From: a virus
IMG/VR virus record: IMGVR_UViG_3300008886_000001
Coordinates: 4,181 to 68,180 of that record
Strand: one strand, 5' to 3'
Length of the DNA stretch: 64,000 nt
The notes beneath the pieces were generated by a model that made no database searches, was not told the DNA's origin, and was given only the letters and a program-made list of their open reading frames with translations. Shown one piece after another: positions 37,303-47,370 of this stretch (the stretch's first letter is position 1; each line of letters starts with the position of its first letter). The position numbers and the translations under genes were made by a program.

Positions 37303-37740
37303 GTGCGTAACACCACCTGGGACCTGGGTCGGGCGGGACTACTGCTCGACCTCCTCCGCTCGCTCGGGGTCACCGGGCGACCCGTCAACGACCTCATGCG
37401 GGCAATCGCCGCCAAGTCTCCCGCGATCGAACAGCGGTGCATTGCCGCGTGCGATCTAGCGGCGCGGGACCTGCGTGATGCTCCCGAGGAGTCCGAGTGG
37501 AAATCCGGTCTGGCAGCCATTATCACCGACACTGGCGGCGACCTCGCCGACTGGATTCAAGACGCAGTTATCGCCCGTGCCGATACACTTGGCCTGACCG
37601 CCTACGCAATCGCCCAGCGGTCCGCCGGCGGGGTGAGTGAGGACCACGTCCAGGCGTATCTCACTCGCAAAAAATCGATGGGATCGCACAAACTCCAGCA
37701 CGTCCTACGTGCGCTGGGGCTGACGGTCACTCCGGTATAA
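37303..37740 (+). CDS. Protein with C-terminal XRE-like HTH
   Basis: LGLTAYAIAQRS...VQAYL...LQHVLRALGL. Confidence 0.6.
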   Translation: MRNTTWDLGRAGLLLDLLRSLGVTGRPVNDLMRAIAAKSPAIEQRCIAACDLAARDLRDAPEESEWKSGLAAIITDTGGDLADWIQDAVIARADTLGLTAYAIAQRSAGGVSEDHVQAYLTRKKSMGSHKLQHVLRALGLTVTPV

Positions 37741-37840
37741 TTTCACCGTTGTCGCCGTTGATCGATTGTGTCTTAATTCGTCGAACTCCACTCTTCGGCT
37801 CGGAACTACTCCCGTCCTCACCTCACACGGGAGCCTTCTC

Positions 37841-38125
37841 ATGAACCGCGAACAGCAGCAGCTCACTCACCTCGCCGCCCGTGCTTCGCAGCGCGCGTCT
37901 TTTCTCGGCTTCCAGCTCGCCATTTACGCCCGTCTCCATACGCTCACCGACGACCAACTTGCCGAACGGCTCAGCATCGCAGTGGAACGGCTGGCGAATC
38001 TACGACTGTGCGGGCGCATCCGCGTAGAGGTCCCGGAGACGTGTGCCGCTGACGTGCGAGCGATCGCGGACAAATTCGGATGTAATGCGGCCGTGCTGGC
38101 GCAGATCGTGAAAGGAGATGTGTAG
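37841..38125 (+). CDS. Small HTH-like protein (planctomycete type)
   Basis: LTDDQLAERL...LANLRLC...IADKFG; ends in TAG. Confidence 0.55.
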   Translation: MNREQQQLTHLAARASQRASFLGFQLAIYARLHTLTDDQLAERLSIAVERLANLRLCGRIRVEVPETCAADVRAIADKFGCNAAVLAQIVKGDV

Positions 38126-38128
38126 CGG

Positions 38129-38851
38129 GTGATCGCGCTGATCGCGTATTACCGGGTTTCTACGAAGAAACAGGGCGAAAGCAAGCTGGGTCTGGAGGGC
38201 CAGCAGGCGTCCGTCCGGGACTACGCGCGCCGGCTCAATGTACCGATCGCGGCCGAGTTCACCGAAGTGGAAAGTGGGTGGTTGACGGCTGATCGTCCCC
38301 AATTAGCCGCCGCCTTGGAGCGCGCCCGGGTGTGCGGTGGGACGATCGTCGTCGCGAAACTGGACCGGCTCGCCCGTGATGTGCGACTCACGATGGACCT
38401 GATGGACGGGGACGTCCCGCATGTCTACCTGGACTACCCCCAGGCTGACCCCACGACCGCGTCAGGCTGGCTGATGGTCGTCATGGCTTCGGTCATGGCC
38501 GAGTATGAGAGCCGGCGGGGTAGCGAGAGGGTCAAGGCTGCGCTCGCCCGTCGGCACGCGCGGCTCGTCGCCGAGGGTAAGGCCGAACCGAAGCCGCCGC
38601 CGTCGCCCCCGAAGGGACGCAACCGGGTACACACCCGGAGTCATCAGCAGCACGCCTGCGCGGCCTGGCATGCGCAGGACCGCACGGCCAGCGCAGAGTT
38701 CCGGAAGAACTATTTCCCATTGGTCGAGGCCCTGCGCGAAAAGCACGGCACACTGGAAGCGGTTGCCGACCATCTGAACGCGTGCGGCATTCGGACGCGG
38801 CGCGGTCGCAAGTGGTCGGCGGGAACCGTTCACTGGCTCCTAAAGAAATGA
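38129..38851 (+). CDS. Small serine recombinase (resolvase/invertase family)
   Basis: AYYRVSTKKQ (catalytic Ser), VVAKLDRLAR, MAEYESRRGSERVKAAL, C-terminal LNACGIRTRRGRKW. Confidence 0.92.
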   Translation: MIALIAYYRVSTKKQGESKLGLEGQQASVRDYARRLNVPIAAEFTEVESGWLTADRPQLAAALERARVCGGTIVVAKLDRLARDVRLTMDLMDGDVPHVYLDYPQADPTTASGWLMVVMASVMAEYESRRGSERVKAALARRHARLVAEGKAEPKPPPSPPKGRNRVHTRSHQQHACAAWHAQDRTASAEFRKNYFPLVEALREKHGTLEAVADHLNACGIRTRRGRKWSAGTVHWLLKK

Positions 38852-39052
38852 CTCTCGCAGTGTGATTTAGAGGTCGTGTTCAGGTAGCCGCACTTGCGCA
38901 CGACGCGTTTGCATGGTAGGTTACAAACATCGGGCAGGCGACTCCAACAAGTTGCCATCCAAAAATAATACCTGTTGCGTGTGCGACTGAACCCGGAGAC
39001 GAAGACCGCCTTCATAAAGCGGAGATCACTTTCCGGTGGACGACGCAGCGAT

Positions 39053-39090
39053 TCAGCCCGGCCGATCCCGCAAGGGAGAAGCCGGGCTGA
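39053..39090. terminator. Hairpin between convergent arms
   Basis: TCAGCCCGGC/GCCGGGCTGA stem with TCCC-GCAA-GGGA cap, followed by GTTGTTTT. Confidence 0.55.
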
Positions 39091-39097
39091 GTTGTTT

Positions 39098-40081
39098 TCA
39101 GGGAGTCGTATCGGAGTTGATGATGTGTGAGGGGATGCCCGCGGCTCGCATCACCTGATCAATGGCGTCCTGGTGGGCATCTACGATATCATTAGTCGGC
39201 ATCTCCAGCATTTCTCCCATCTCTTCCCATTCTGCTATTTCAGCATCGAACTGTTGTGCGATTACCTCGGTCGGTCGTTTCAGTGCCTCTCCCATCCAGC
39301 GCGAAATTTCCCGGCCGATTGCAGACCGCGTGAGGGCCGTGACGGGATGGTGAATCACATCGTGGGGTTGTGTCTCGTAGGTCCGCTTGTCCCAACCCAA
39401 TCGCCAGTACGGAACCGGCGTTGGGCTTTCCGATACCAACTTCCCCAGATGGGCCGAAAGTGTGATTGGAGAATCCTCAAAGTTCACGGTGAAACCGGTG
39501 AGGGGGTTGTGCCGAAAGATCGCTTCAACGGATTGCGCGAACCGTTCGGCCCTCTGCATTTTACTCACGGTAATGCCGTTTGGGCCGTTGCGTTCCAAGA
39601 TTACGGCCAAGCCGACGCCGACCGTCTCCGGGAAGCCTCGGCCGAAGCGAATGTAGCCGTTCGGAACATCCAAGAACACTATGTCGCCGTGAACGTGGAA
39701 GTGCGCGTGCTCGCCGCGCAAACACTTCGGCAGCCAACTCGCGCCCCACTTCTTCAACAACGCCTGTTCGCGCTGGGCCAACTCGACGTGCTGCGGGTTC
39801 ACCGGTCCATCTTTGTCGGCGATGCCGATCGGCGCCCGATCGGAAGTGATTGGTAAGTATGGCACGAGCCGGCCCGTGTCCGCTTTGGTCGTCAGGGGCG
39901 TGCCGCGGAGGTACAGCAGCCGTGGCGTGTTGACCAGTTCGCACTGAACACGGATGAACTCGGCGCGAGCGGCGCCCCTGACGCCACCGAACTCGCTGAG
40001 CCAGTCCGCGTACACGAGACGCGCGGTATCGTCGTCGGGGTTGTTTAAAATCGTATCAAGCAACAGATCCCGTTCGGTCAT
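39098..40081 (-). CDS. TIGR02996 domain-containing protein
   Basis: [30 protein letters not shown]...[10 protein letters not shown]...FGRGFPE. Confidence 0.85.
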   Translation of the reverse strand: MTERDLLLDTILNNPDDDTARLVYADWLSEFGGVRGAARAEFIRVQCELVNTPRLLYLRGTPLTTKADTGRLVPYLPITSDRAPIGIADKDGPVNPQHVELAQREQALLKKWGASWLPKCLRGEHAHFHVHGDIVFLDVPNGYIRFGRGFPETVGVGLAVILERNGPNGITVSKMQRAERFAQSVEAIFRHNPLTGFTVNFEDSPITLSAHLGKLVSESPTPVPYWRLGWDKRTYETQPHDVIHHPVTALTRSAIGREISRWMGEALKRPTEVIAQQFDAEIAEWEEMGEMLEMPTNDIVDAHQDAIDQVMRAAGIPSHIINSDTTP

Positions 40082-40746
40082 GTTTGCCCCCAGATATTCC
40101 TTGCATTGAAGTGACCCATCACAAACGCCGCTGGATCGCCCCATTTGGACACGACCGCTTCGAACTCGTATTTGCACCGCGCGAGGTAGTCCAGTGCCTT
40201 GCCGAGTTGAACGTCAGTGGCAACAGTCTGTTCGATCTGACTATCAACGGCGGTGAGATGGTGCCGGGCCGCTGCGGCGAGAAGCGCCTCTTCGCCTTCT
40301 GGTTCCTGGAACCGCCCATCGGTCACAGCGAACGCAGCGCGAGCCTTCTCCAGTTTCTCGAGGTGGTGTTTCAGTTCTTTCCGTTCCGACTCGATCACTC
40401 GGCGCATGTACGCGACCACGTTCGTCTTCTCGGGTCGTTCGCCCATGCTCACCATCTGGTTCAGCGCTTCGGCCATCACCGGCACGAGTACCGCCATCAG
40501 TGCCACTTTCGGATCGGTCCGCGTTCGCGGGTCGTCGATCTCCCCGGTCGCATCGTAGTGGGCGCGGCGCCCCGGTTCGCTGAGGACGGAGTACGCGTTA
40601 TCCACGGCGGCATAGGCGACTTTGGCCTCCTCGTCACCGGGGTTACGGTCCGGGTGGTACTTCTTCGCCAACAGGCGGTAGGCCGCCGTGATCTCGTCCG
40701 CGGTCGCGGTCCGGGATACTCCCAGAACGGTGTACAGATCCCTCAC
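40078..40746 (-). CDS. J-domain (DnaJ-type) protein, N-terminal J
   Basis: [36 protein letters not shown]. Confidence 0.9.
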   Translation of the reverse strand: MRDLYTVLGVSRTATADEITAAYRLLAKKYHPDRNPGDEEAKVAYAAVDNAYSVLSEPGRRAHYDATGEIDDPRTRTDPKVALMAVLVPVMAEALNQMVSMGERPEKTNVVAYMRRVIESERKELKHHLEKLEKARAAFAVTDGRFQEPEGEEALLAAAARHHLTAVDSQIEQTVATDVQLGKALDYLARCKYEFEAVVSKWGDPAAFVMGHFNARNIWGQT

Positions 40747-40964
40747 GATAATCCCCTCAATTTGCGCCCGGCCGAACACGCGCACGGTTCCTGCAAGACA
40801 TTCAGCCCGGTGTTGTGACACGACCGGCACACGGCAGCAGCCTGGGATGTTGTTTCGATCCGCATCTGAGCCGGCGGCTGACGGCACCCGAAACAGCGGT
40901 GCAGCGCGATCGACTCGGGATCGAATAGGAACGCGGGGCACAGCCCGCACAACGGTACGCTCAT
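40743..40964 (-). CDS. Small Cys-rich protein
   Basis: CGLC, CFGC, CRSC, CAC. Confidence 0.55.
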   Translation of the reverse strand: MSVPLCGLCPAFLFDPESIALHRCFGCRQPPAQMRIETTSQAAAVCRSCHNTGLNVLQEPCACSAGRKLRGLS

Positions 40965-41569
40965 AGTCCCCGTTCCTTCTTGAATACGTCGTAGGCCGCA
41001 TCGACTTCGGTGTACTTGCTGACGGCCTCCGGGTCACCCGGGTTGCGATCTGGGTGATACTTCTTGGCGAGCTGACGGTAGGCGAACGTCACAGAGTCGG
41101 TGTCGGCGTGCGCCGCAACGCCGATCACCTCGTGCCAGGGTCGCGAAGCGGCGCCAGCCGTCTTCGGTGGAGAGAGTTGTGCGAAGCCCGCAAACGCGGC
41201 GTCCACCATGTCTCCGGTCCCGCGACGCTCGATCGTTCGGATGCACTCGATCGCGTCGGTGATAGCGCGGAGGTTCTCCTCGACACTGACCCACCGATCA
41301 CATTGCATCGCGAGGGATCGACCCTTCCGGGTGAAGTACACCGCGACGCCCGGATCATCGGGGTTGCGGCGCCCGGAGTATGGTAGTCCGTCGAGCCGCA
41401 ACTCCACGTTGGTCGAGAGAATGACGCCGGTTGCTCCAAGACGGCGCAATTCCGCGAGGAGGCCGTCCCGGGCCTGGGCGAAGCTCGGCGCCGTGAACTT
41501 CGGCCGTTGGCGTTTATGGGTCGGCGTCCGGCCAACGCTGGCTGGCCAAGTGAGCGGGTATCGGGTCAT
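40961..41569 (-). CDS. Phage J-domain protein, C-terminal J
   Basis: YPLTWP...DPGVAVYF...CDRW...ENLRAI and WHEVIGV...[17 protein letters not shown]. Confidence 0.9.
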   Translation of the reverse strand: MTRYPLTWPASVGRTPTHKRQRPKFTAPSFAQARDGLLAELRRLGATGVILSTNVELRLDGLPYSGRRNPDDPGVAVYFTRKGRSLAMQCDRWVSVEENLRAITDAIECIRTIERRGTGDMVDAAFAGFAQLSPPKTAGAASRPWHEVIGVAAHADTDSVTFAYRQLAKKYHPDRNPGDPEAVSKYTEVDAAYDVFKKERGL

Positions 41570-41597
41570 GTCGGGTCTCAATAAGATTCGGCAGGGA

Positions 41598-41945
41598 TTA
41601 TGGTTTCTTCTCGTGGTCCTCGGGAGCCGGTTCGACCAGTGGTTCGTATTCGTCGGTGTCGTCGCTCAGGGGCTTTGCCGGGCCGGGTGCGATGGTAGTG
41701 GTTGGCGGAGGGTTGTAGAGCAACCCGCTCTCCAGCCAGTGCGTGAGGAACAGGACCAGCTCCCGGACCTGGCTTCGGCTCAGGTGGTGTTCACCCACCC
41801 AGAGGAACTCGGCATTGCGCCGGGCAACCAGATCCAGGTTGCACCCGTTGGCACTGGATTGGGCAAGTAGGACACCGATGGCCGCGGAGGCGTAGTACGG
41901 GAACAGCACCTGCTGAACGCCCTTCGCTGTGGTCTCGGTTTTCAC
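41598..41945 (-). CDS. Conserved hypothetical phage protein
   Basis: C.L...S...EFLWVG...HLSRSQVRELV..L..W..G pattern. Confidence 0.55.
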   Translation of the reverse strand: MKTETTAKGVQQVLFPYYASAAIGVLLAQSSANGCNLDLVARRNAEFLWVGEHHLSRSQVRELVLFLTHWLESGLLYNPPPTTTIAPGPAKPLSDDTDEYEPLVEPAPEDHEKKP

Positions 41946-41964
41946 ACGGGTCTCCGTTGAGGGT

Positions 41965-42855
41965 TCAGCCGAGTTTCTGGAGCGCGGCGAGGAGCGGGAG
42001 CAAGTCGTCGGCTTTGCCGAGCGTCTTCAGCCGTTCGGCCTCCAACTGTTCGGCGGATTCCAGTTCCTTGCGGGCGGCCTCAAGCGCGAGGAACGCCGGT
42101 TCGTACTGTTTGGTCACCGCCTCCAAGCATTCGATGGCGGCTCCTCGTTCCCTCATCAACCGGTCCCGTTCCGTAACGGCATCGGCCAGTTTCTTGTTCA
42201 GTTCATCCACCTTTTCCTGCGCGGTTGCGACGGTAAGAATCGATTCGTTGGCAGCCGTCGTTGCGGATTCGTGTCGGTAGCGAAGCGGGGCGGCAACCGC
42301 TTCTGCCGATGCTACCTTGGCTTCGATTTCGCGCTTGAGTTCGGCTGCCGTCTGCACATCTTTGCCGACACTGATGAGCTGGTCGAAGCCGTCGCGCATC
42401 TTCAGGAGCTTCGCGAGATCGAGGCCGCCGAGGATCTGCTCCCGCGGGGTCGGCGCGGGTTGTTGAGACGACTCCGTCGTCTCCGGTTTCGCCGGCCGAG
42501 CACTGGAAATTGCGAGAGGGATGCACGCTGAGCGAAAGAGACCAACGATTGCCGGGAACGGCGGTTCGGCCAAGTCTGTGGCGAGATCGACCTCGAACGT
42601 GTACTTCGAGCCCAGGGGTTGGAGCGTGACCTCGATCCGGCGCGTGTTCTCGTGGACGCCACTCACGCGGGGAGGCGCGCCCTTCTTCGCCTGGGGCCGG
42701 TAGTGGCAGTCCCGGACGAACACCTTCCAGGCCCCGGTGTCTGCTCGGGCTTTCAACCCCGTGTGATCGAACAGGGCTAGGAGCGCGGGCCGACCGTAGT
42801 AGTTCCAGTCGTTGATCGCTTCGGCCTTCTTCAGGTTGGATCGCTCTTCTATCAC
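41965..42855 (-). CDS. Coiled-coil hypothetical protein
   Basis: Ala/Glu/Lys-rich C-terminal half. Confidence 0.6.
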   Translation of the reverse strand: MIEERSNLKKAEAINDWNYYGRPALLALFDHTGLKARADTGAWKVFVRDCHYRPQAKKGAPPRVSGVHENTRRIEVTLQPLGSKYTFEVDLATDLAEPPFPAIVGLFRSACIPLAISSARPAKPETTESSQQPAPTPREQILGGLDLAKLLKMRDGFDQLISVGKDVQTAAELKREIEAKVASAEAVAAPLRYRHESATTAANESILTVATAQEKVDELNKKLADAVTERDRLMRERGAAIECLEAVTKQYEPAFLALEAARKELESAEQLEAERLKTLGKADDLLPLLAALQKLG

Positions 42856-43715
42856 TGCACCTTCTCCTTTGTTGCTGGTCCGTTCACGAGCAACAGTTCC
42901 GTTGCCTTGGTGACACCGACGGCGCGCGTGTTTGTGTTGCGGATCGACTTGTTCACCACTCGAGTGACCCGGCGCCACTTGTCGGCCGGGTACAGCTCGT
43001 CGAGCAGCGGGTGCGGGTAGTAGCTGATGACCACGCGGGCCTTCTCGAACCGCCCGGCGATCTTGGCCAAGCGCTCGTGGTCCGCCCGCACGAAGTCGTG
43101 TTCGTACTCCAGGTTCTTCTCGACGTACGGCGGGTCGAAGTAGACCGCGGCCCCGGCCTCGTCGTCGATCTTTTCGGCCACCTCGAAGGCATCGCGGTTG
43201 AGCACGTCCACGCGCTCGAGCCTGCGACTGAAGAACGGCACGCTATTGACCATGTTGCGGAACCGCACGCCGCCGCTGCCGCCGCGCTTCGTGAACCGCG
43301 CGCTGAACGAGGTCCGCGACCTCCGCGTGCCCGCTATTCCGTTGCGGCCCAGCCACCAGGTGACCATCGTGTGGTACGCCCGGTCCACGTCCCCGAGCCG
43401 GCCCACGAACCGGCTCAGCACCCGCTCCCGCGAGTCCCGGTACAACTCCTCGCTAGCGAGTGTCAGGTGCAGGCGCACGAGCAGTTCGGCCGCGAGGTGG
43501 CGGGTTTGGAGCACGACCGCGATGTTCGTCAGGTCGCGGTTGAGGTCGTTCACCACCTCGTGCCGAACGGGCGGCTTCTGGAACAGCACCGCACACGACC
43601 CGCAGAACGGCTCGTAGTAGGCGTCGTGGGGACCGAGTTCCCCCACAATGAGCGGGGCCAGCGTCCGCTTGGCCCCGGCCCACGGGGCTATGGCCTTGAT
43701 CTGTGAGTCCTTCAC
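42852..43715 (-). CDS. DNA adenine methyltransferase (D12/Dam class)
   Basis: PWAGAKR, YYEPFCGS, EVVNDLN, YFDPPY. Confidence 0.92.
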   Translation of the reverse strand: MKDSQIKAIAPWAGAKRTLAPLIVGELGPHDAYYEPFCGSCAVLFQKPPVRHEVVNDLNRDLTNIAVVLQTRHLAAELLVRLHLTLASEELYRDSRERVLSRFVGRLGDVDRAYHTMVTWWLGRNGIAGTRRSRTSFSARFTKRGGSGGVRFRNMVNSVPFFSRRLERVDVLNRDAFEVAEKIDDEAGAAVYFDPPYVEKNLEYEHDFVRADHERLAKIAGRFEKARVVISYYPHPLLDELYPADKWRRVTRVVNKSIRNTNTRAVGVTKATELLLVNGPATKEKVQ

Positions 43716-44176
43716 GAGGCCTCTCCCTTGGCCTTGATCGTCAGTTCCCGGATGTGGGCGACCAGTTTTTCGTATTTCTGGCCGCAACCGCCCACAAATT
43801 CCGCGGTCTTCATGATCAGGTTGATCAGGTCTAAGAACTGGTCAATTTCTTCGTTGCGGCACTCGATGGCCTTGCGGTTGATCGGCCAGGACCCGGCATA
43901 CTGGTAGTTGGGGTCGCTCTCCAACTTCTCCAGCCTGGCCAGCGCGCCGAGAACGATGTCCAGCCGGCCCCCGATCCGACAGCCTTCCGCCTTGTGAACC
44001 GAGTCCGGATCGGTCTGCACGCCGGCGGCATCCAACCGGCCGTGGACGTAGTCTTTGAACTTCTGGAGCTTCTCGCGCTCCGCCAGCAGGTCGATTACCT
44101 GCCGGGCCTGCGTGCTGCCGGCCGGGGCGTGTGACTCGGCCCATGCCCGGAGTGCTGCGCGATCAGTGGGGCTCAC
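43712..44176 (-). CDS. Hypothetical phage protein
   Basis: Coupled ORF. Confidence 0.55.
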   Translation of the reverse strand: MSPTDRAALRAWAESHAPAGSTQARQVIDLLAEREKLQKFKDYVHGRLDAAGVQTDPDSVHKAEGCRIGGRLDIVLGALARLEKLESDPNYQYAGSWPINRKAIECRNEEIDQFLDLINLIMKTAEFVGGCGQKYEKLVAHIRELTIKAKGEAS

Positions 44177-44352
44177 AGGTACTCCTCGAATATGTCCAGA
44201 ACCAATTCGTTCGCCTCATCACGCTCGTCCAGATCCATTTCATCCCACAGATCGTTCCGCTCATGGATGAGCGATTCGTACTCGTCTTGGTCCAAGGACT
44301 CGCAGTGCTCCTTGGCAACGAGTCGCATATACTTCTTGACCTTCTCGCTCAT
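44173..44352 (-). CDS. Small acidic protein
   Basis: ATGA overlaps at both ends. Confidence 0.55.
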   Translation of the reverse strand: MSEKVKKYMRLVAKEHCESLDQDEYESLIHERNDLWDEMDLDERDEANELVLDIFEEYL

Positions 44353-44864
44353 GGCCTGCGCCCCCGGCCCCAGAGCGTGGGCTTGGTCGAATCGAGCTGA
44401 TAGAGCGGGTGGGCCGGGTACCCGTCCTTGGACAGCTTGAGGTAGTGGAGCGGAACGTCGGCGAGCAACTCCAGCACTTCCTGTTGCCGCAGCAGCATGG
44501 GTTTCGCGCCCCAAGCGGCAACCACCAGTGCCGCGCCGGCCACGGTGTCGATAATGGCGCGGTCGTTGTTCGGCCCAACGGGGTCGCCGGACTCGTAGTA
44601 GCGTTTGAAGACCTCTTTCGGGTCCGTGGCCCGCAGCGCGAACAGGTTGACCACGTCCAGGCGACCGTAGCCCCACCCTTGTGCAAATTTGACGCACTTG
44701 CGGATGGTCTGGTCGTCTTGGGCGCCGTCGGCCGTGCTCGGGTTGAGCATCACGAACACACACTTGGGTTGCTCGCAGTTCCACACACGCGTGAGGGTGT
44801 ACCGGAAGGTGCCACAGTCGCTGATCTGGGCGGCGGCTTCGAGGTAATTAATGGACTTGCTCAC
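44349..44864 (-). CDS. DUF1643 family protein
   Basis: SDCGTFRYTL.R.W...FVMLNPSTADG..DDQTIRKC...VVNLFALRATDP. Confidence 0.9.
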   Translation of the reverse strand: MSKSINYLEAAAQISDCGTFRYTLTRVWNCEQPKCVFVMLNPSTADGAQDDQTIRKCVKFAQGWGYGRLDVVNLFALRATDPKEVFKRYYESGDPVGPNNDRAIIDTVAGAALVVAAWGAKPMLLRQQEVLELLADVPLHYLKLSKDGYPAHPLYQLDSTKPTLWGRGRRP

Positions 44865-45400
44865 GACAGTTCCTTCACGAGTTCGTCGGGCACATCGAAC
44901 AGCCCTTGGGTGCCGCGGAAGGGGATCGGTTTTTCGAACACAACCGGGTTCTTGCAGAACCATGCGAATCGACCTGGGGAAAAGTCGCCGAGTGTGTGTT
45001 CCGTTGCGTTAATGAACAGCCAACGCGTGAGGACACTGTTGTGCCATCCTTCGAAAAAGCCGATGTCACCATTTGGGCGGTTGATGACCGAATGCATCGG
45101 TACACACTCTTTGAGTTCCACCCGGCCGATGATCGCCCCAAAGTGCATGTCCCAGCCTTTCTTGCGGCGGGCGATGTCCGTAACCGTCCAGGAGTGAGGT
45201 TCCTGTGGAACGCCCATCGGGCCAAGCAAACTGCGGAACGGTGGCTTGAGGCACACATCGATCAACTTGCCGTCCCACTTCTTGGCTGCGTGGATTAGGA
45301 GCGACCCGGTGTACTTGGTGTCCCAGGAGCGCGTCTCCACGCGCTTGTGACCGTCAACCATGAGCGTTGCCCACGGGTTCCAGAGGCTCAGGGCTTTCAT
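44861..45400 (-). CDS. ASCH domain protein
   Basis: MKALSLWNPWA.LMVDGHKRVETRSW...LLIHAAK. Confidence 0.9.
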   Translation of the reverse strand: MKALSLWNPWATLMVDGHKRVETRSWDTKYTGSLLIHAAKKWDGKLIDVCLKPPFRSLLGPMGVPQEPHSWTVTDIARRKKGWDMHFGAIIGRVELKECVPMHSVINRPNGDIGFFEGWHNSVLTRWLFINATEHTLGDFSPGRFAWFCKNPVVFEKPIPFRGTQGLFDVPDELVKELS

Positions 45401-45419
45401 GCCAGCTCCTTATTTCGGG

Positions 45420-46748
45420 TTACGCTTTCTCGGCCCAGAACCGCGAGAGCGCGATACGCGCGCACCGGTCCTCGAACTGCGCGCCGGAATCGGCCCCGCC
45501 AGCCGCAACCGCCGCACCGATCAGGTCAGCACAGTCAGCGAGAATGCGGGTCGCGATTTTGTGGCGTGCGGCCTCGTCCAGGTCCGGCAACAACACCGCG
45601 CGATCCACACGCCCCGGCCGTGTGGAAGTGCCGCTAGCGGTGGGTTTGCCGATTGCGTCGTCCAGCCGTTCCACACGGTTCGTCGTGATGCACACGAGAA
45701 CGCCGGACGCATCGGCCACACCCGAAATGGAGTTCAGGAGGCAGTCGAACGTGAGCGCGCTGCCGTCGTCGCCGGCGGTCACGTTCGTGCGCCCATCGAA
45801 CACGGCGTCGATGTCCTCCATGAGCGCGATGCACGGCGCGAACCCGAGCATGTCCTCCCACTTGCGGCTGAAGCTGGAGTTGGTGAAGGTGCTCAGGTCG
45901 TAACTGTAGACGGGCAAATCGAGAGACTGTGCGAGCGCGCGAATCAGGCTACTCTTGCCGGTCCCGGGCTTGCCGTAGAGGAGGACGCCGAACCGCCACG
46001 GGATGCGGTTGCGCTCGTACCAGTCCTTCGACTGGAGCCAGCGTCGCACGTCCGCAACGACGCCCCAGACCGACGGCGGGAAGGCCAACGCGCCGAGCGG
46101 GTCAGGTGGGCACGGTTGGCCCAGATCGCTCAGTGAGACGCCAACGGGACGCAAGTCGGGGCGGTCGGCGATTGAGATCGGTTTGCCGCTTTCTTTGGGA
46201 CTATCGGTGTCTAAAGAGTAACTGTGCGAGCCGCCCTGCGTCCGTCCCCGGCCGCCCGATAACCGGATCACTTTGTAGCGGCGGCCGCCCTCGCGATCGA
46301 CCCCGCGCCCGATGGCGTTGAACAGGTCCATCGCTTCGATCACGAGCGCGTCGATGTCGAACGTGCCCCGGACGAAAGACAGGTGAAAAGTGCTCTCGTA
46401 AATGGAACTGGTGTCGTGGGAACTGGTCAGTGCGACCAGGAGTACCGGACGCCAGCCACTCCAAAATACGAGTGGCTCGGAGCCGGGTGCTTCCCACGCG
46501 ATCTGCTCGTGGCGGCCACGGGACCGGACGTACTCGGAGAGAGCCCCGTACCGGCGACCGCCGAAGGGCGAGCGACGGAACCGCGTCCACAGCAGGTGCG
46601 ACACGGCGCGGGCGGCTGTGTCCTCGATGCGGACGGTCACCACGAAGAAACTGGCGAGCCGCCCGGCCAACATTTTGACCCGCGACCACAGCGCGGCTAC
46701 GATGCCCGCTACAAATCCGCCCGCAAGTAGAACGCTCGAATCCATCAC
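45420..46748 (-). CDS. BCS1-like AAA+ ATPase with N-terminal TM segment
   Basis: GVLLYGKPGTGKSS, ALMEDID, LTFDCLLNSISG, ITTNR...LDDA...RPGRVD. Confidence 0.8.
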   Translation of the reverse strand: MMDSSVLLAGGFVAGIVAALWSRVKMLAGRLASFFVVTVRIEDTAARAVSHLLWTRFRRSPFGGRRYGALSEYVRSRGRHEQIAWEAPGSEPLVFWSGWRPVLLVALTSSHDTSSIYESTFHLSFVRGTFDIDALVIEAMDLFNAIGRGVDREGGRRYKVIRLSGGRGRTQGGSHSYSLDTDSPKESGKPISIADRPDLRPVGVSLSDLGQPCPPDPLGALAFPPSVWGVVADVRRWLQSKDWYERNRIPWRFGVLLYGKPGTGKSSLIRALAQSLDLPVYSYDLSTFTNSSFSRKWEDMLGFAPCIALMEDIDAVFDGRTNVTAGDDGSALTFDCLLNSISGVADASGVLVCITTNRVERLDDAIGKPTASGTSTRPGRVDRAVLLPDLDEAARHKIATRILADCADLIGAAVAAGGADSGAQFEDRCARIALSRFWAEKA

Positions 46749-47086
46749 TCCAGCTCCTTCTTGATTTCGAACCAGTCGGTTTCACGCCACCGGAACACCC
46801 GGGCGCCAACCCCCTCGAACAACTGGAGCCACTTTTCCTGAGCCGGTGTGATCGTGTTTTTCTTGACCTTCAGTTCCGCCACGAGCAGGACGGGACCCCG
46901 GATCATCACCAGATCCGGGAACCCCTCATCGGAACGACGGGAGTCGTGCGTGTGGTACGCCTCCCACCCGCACCGCTTGGCCTCCGCTTTTACATGGGCC
47001 TGGAACTCGCGCTCGCTCATGCCCTCGCACGGGTTGACCCCGATCTGTTCGAGGATCTGAGCTTGGAGCGCGCGAGGGACCTTCAC
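46745..47086 (-). CDS. VRR-NUC domain nuclease
   Basis: SEREFQ...YHTHDSRRSDEGFPDLVMIR...AELK...QEKW. Confidence 0.85.
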   Translation of the reverse strand: MKVPRALQAQILEQIGVNPCEGMSEREFQAHVKAEAKRCGWEAYHTHDSRRSDEGFPDLVMIRGPVLLVAELKVKKNTITPAQEKWLQLFEGVGARVFRWRETDWFEIKKELE

Positions 47087-47310
47087 GCTTTGGGCTCCGT
47101 CGCGGCTGGCGGGAAGATGCTCCAGCCCCTGCCTTTGCCGTTCCAGTTCAACCCGGCCAGATACATCGTCTTGCAGAACGAACAGAACCCGACCGCGTCG
47201 TTCGGAATCGCGCGCTGTCCGCATCGGCAAAAGGGGGCGCCGGGCTGGTCTCCCGTCTCCGGGCAGTAATCGACTTCCGTTATCACACCTGGCTCCTGGG
47301 TTCGGGGCAT
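47083..47310 (-). CDS. Small Cys-rich protein
   Basis: CRCG...CSFC. Confidence 0.45.
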   Translation of the reverse strand: MPRTQEPGVITEVDYCPETGDQPGAPFCRCGQRAIPNDAVGFCSFCKTMYLAGLNWNGKGRGWSIFPPAATEPKA

Positions 47311-47370
47311 CACACCACGAGCGGCGGCCGGCGCGCGATGCCCGTTGCGCGCCAAATGCCTACCCAGGAA

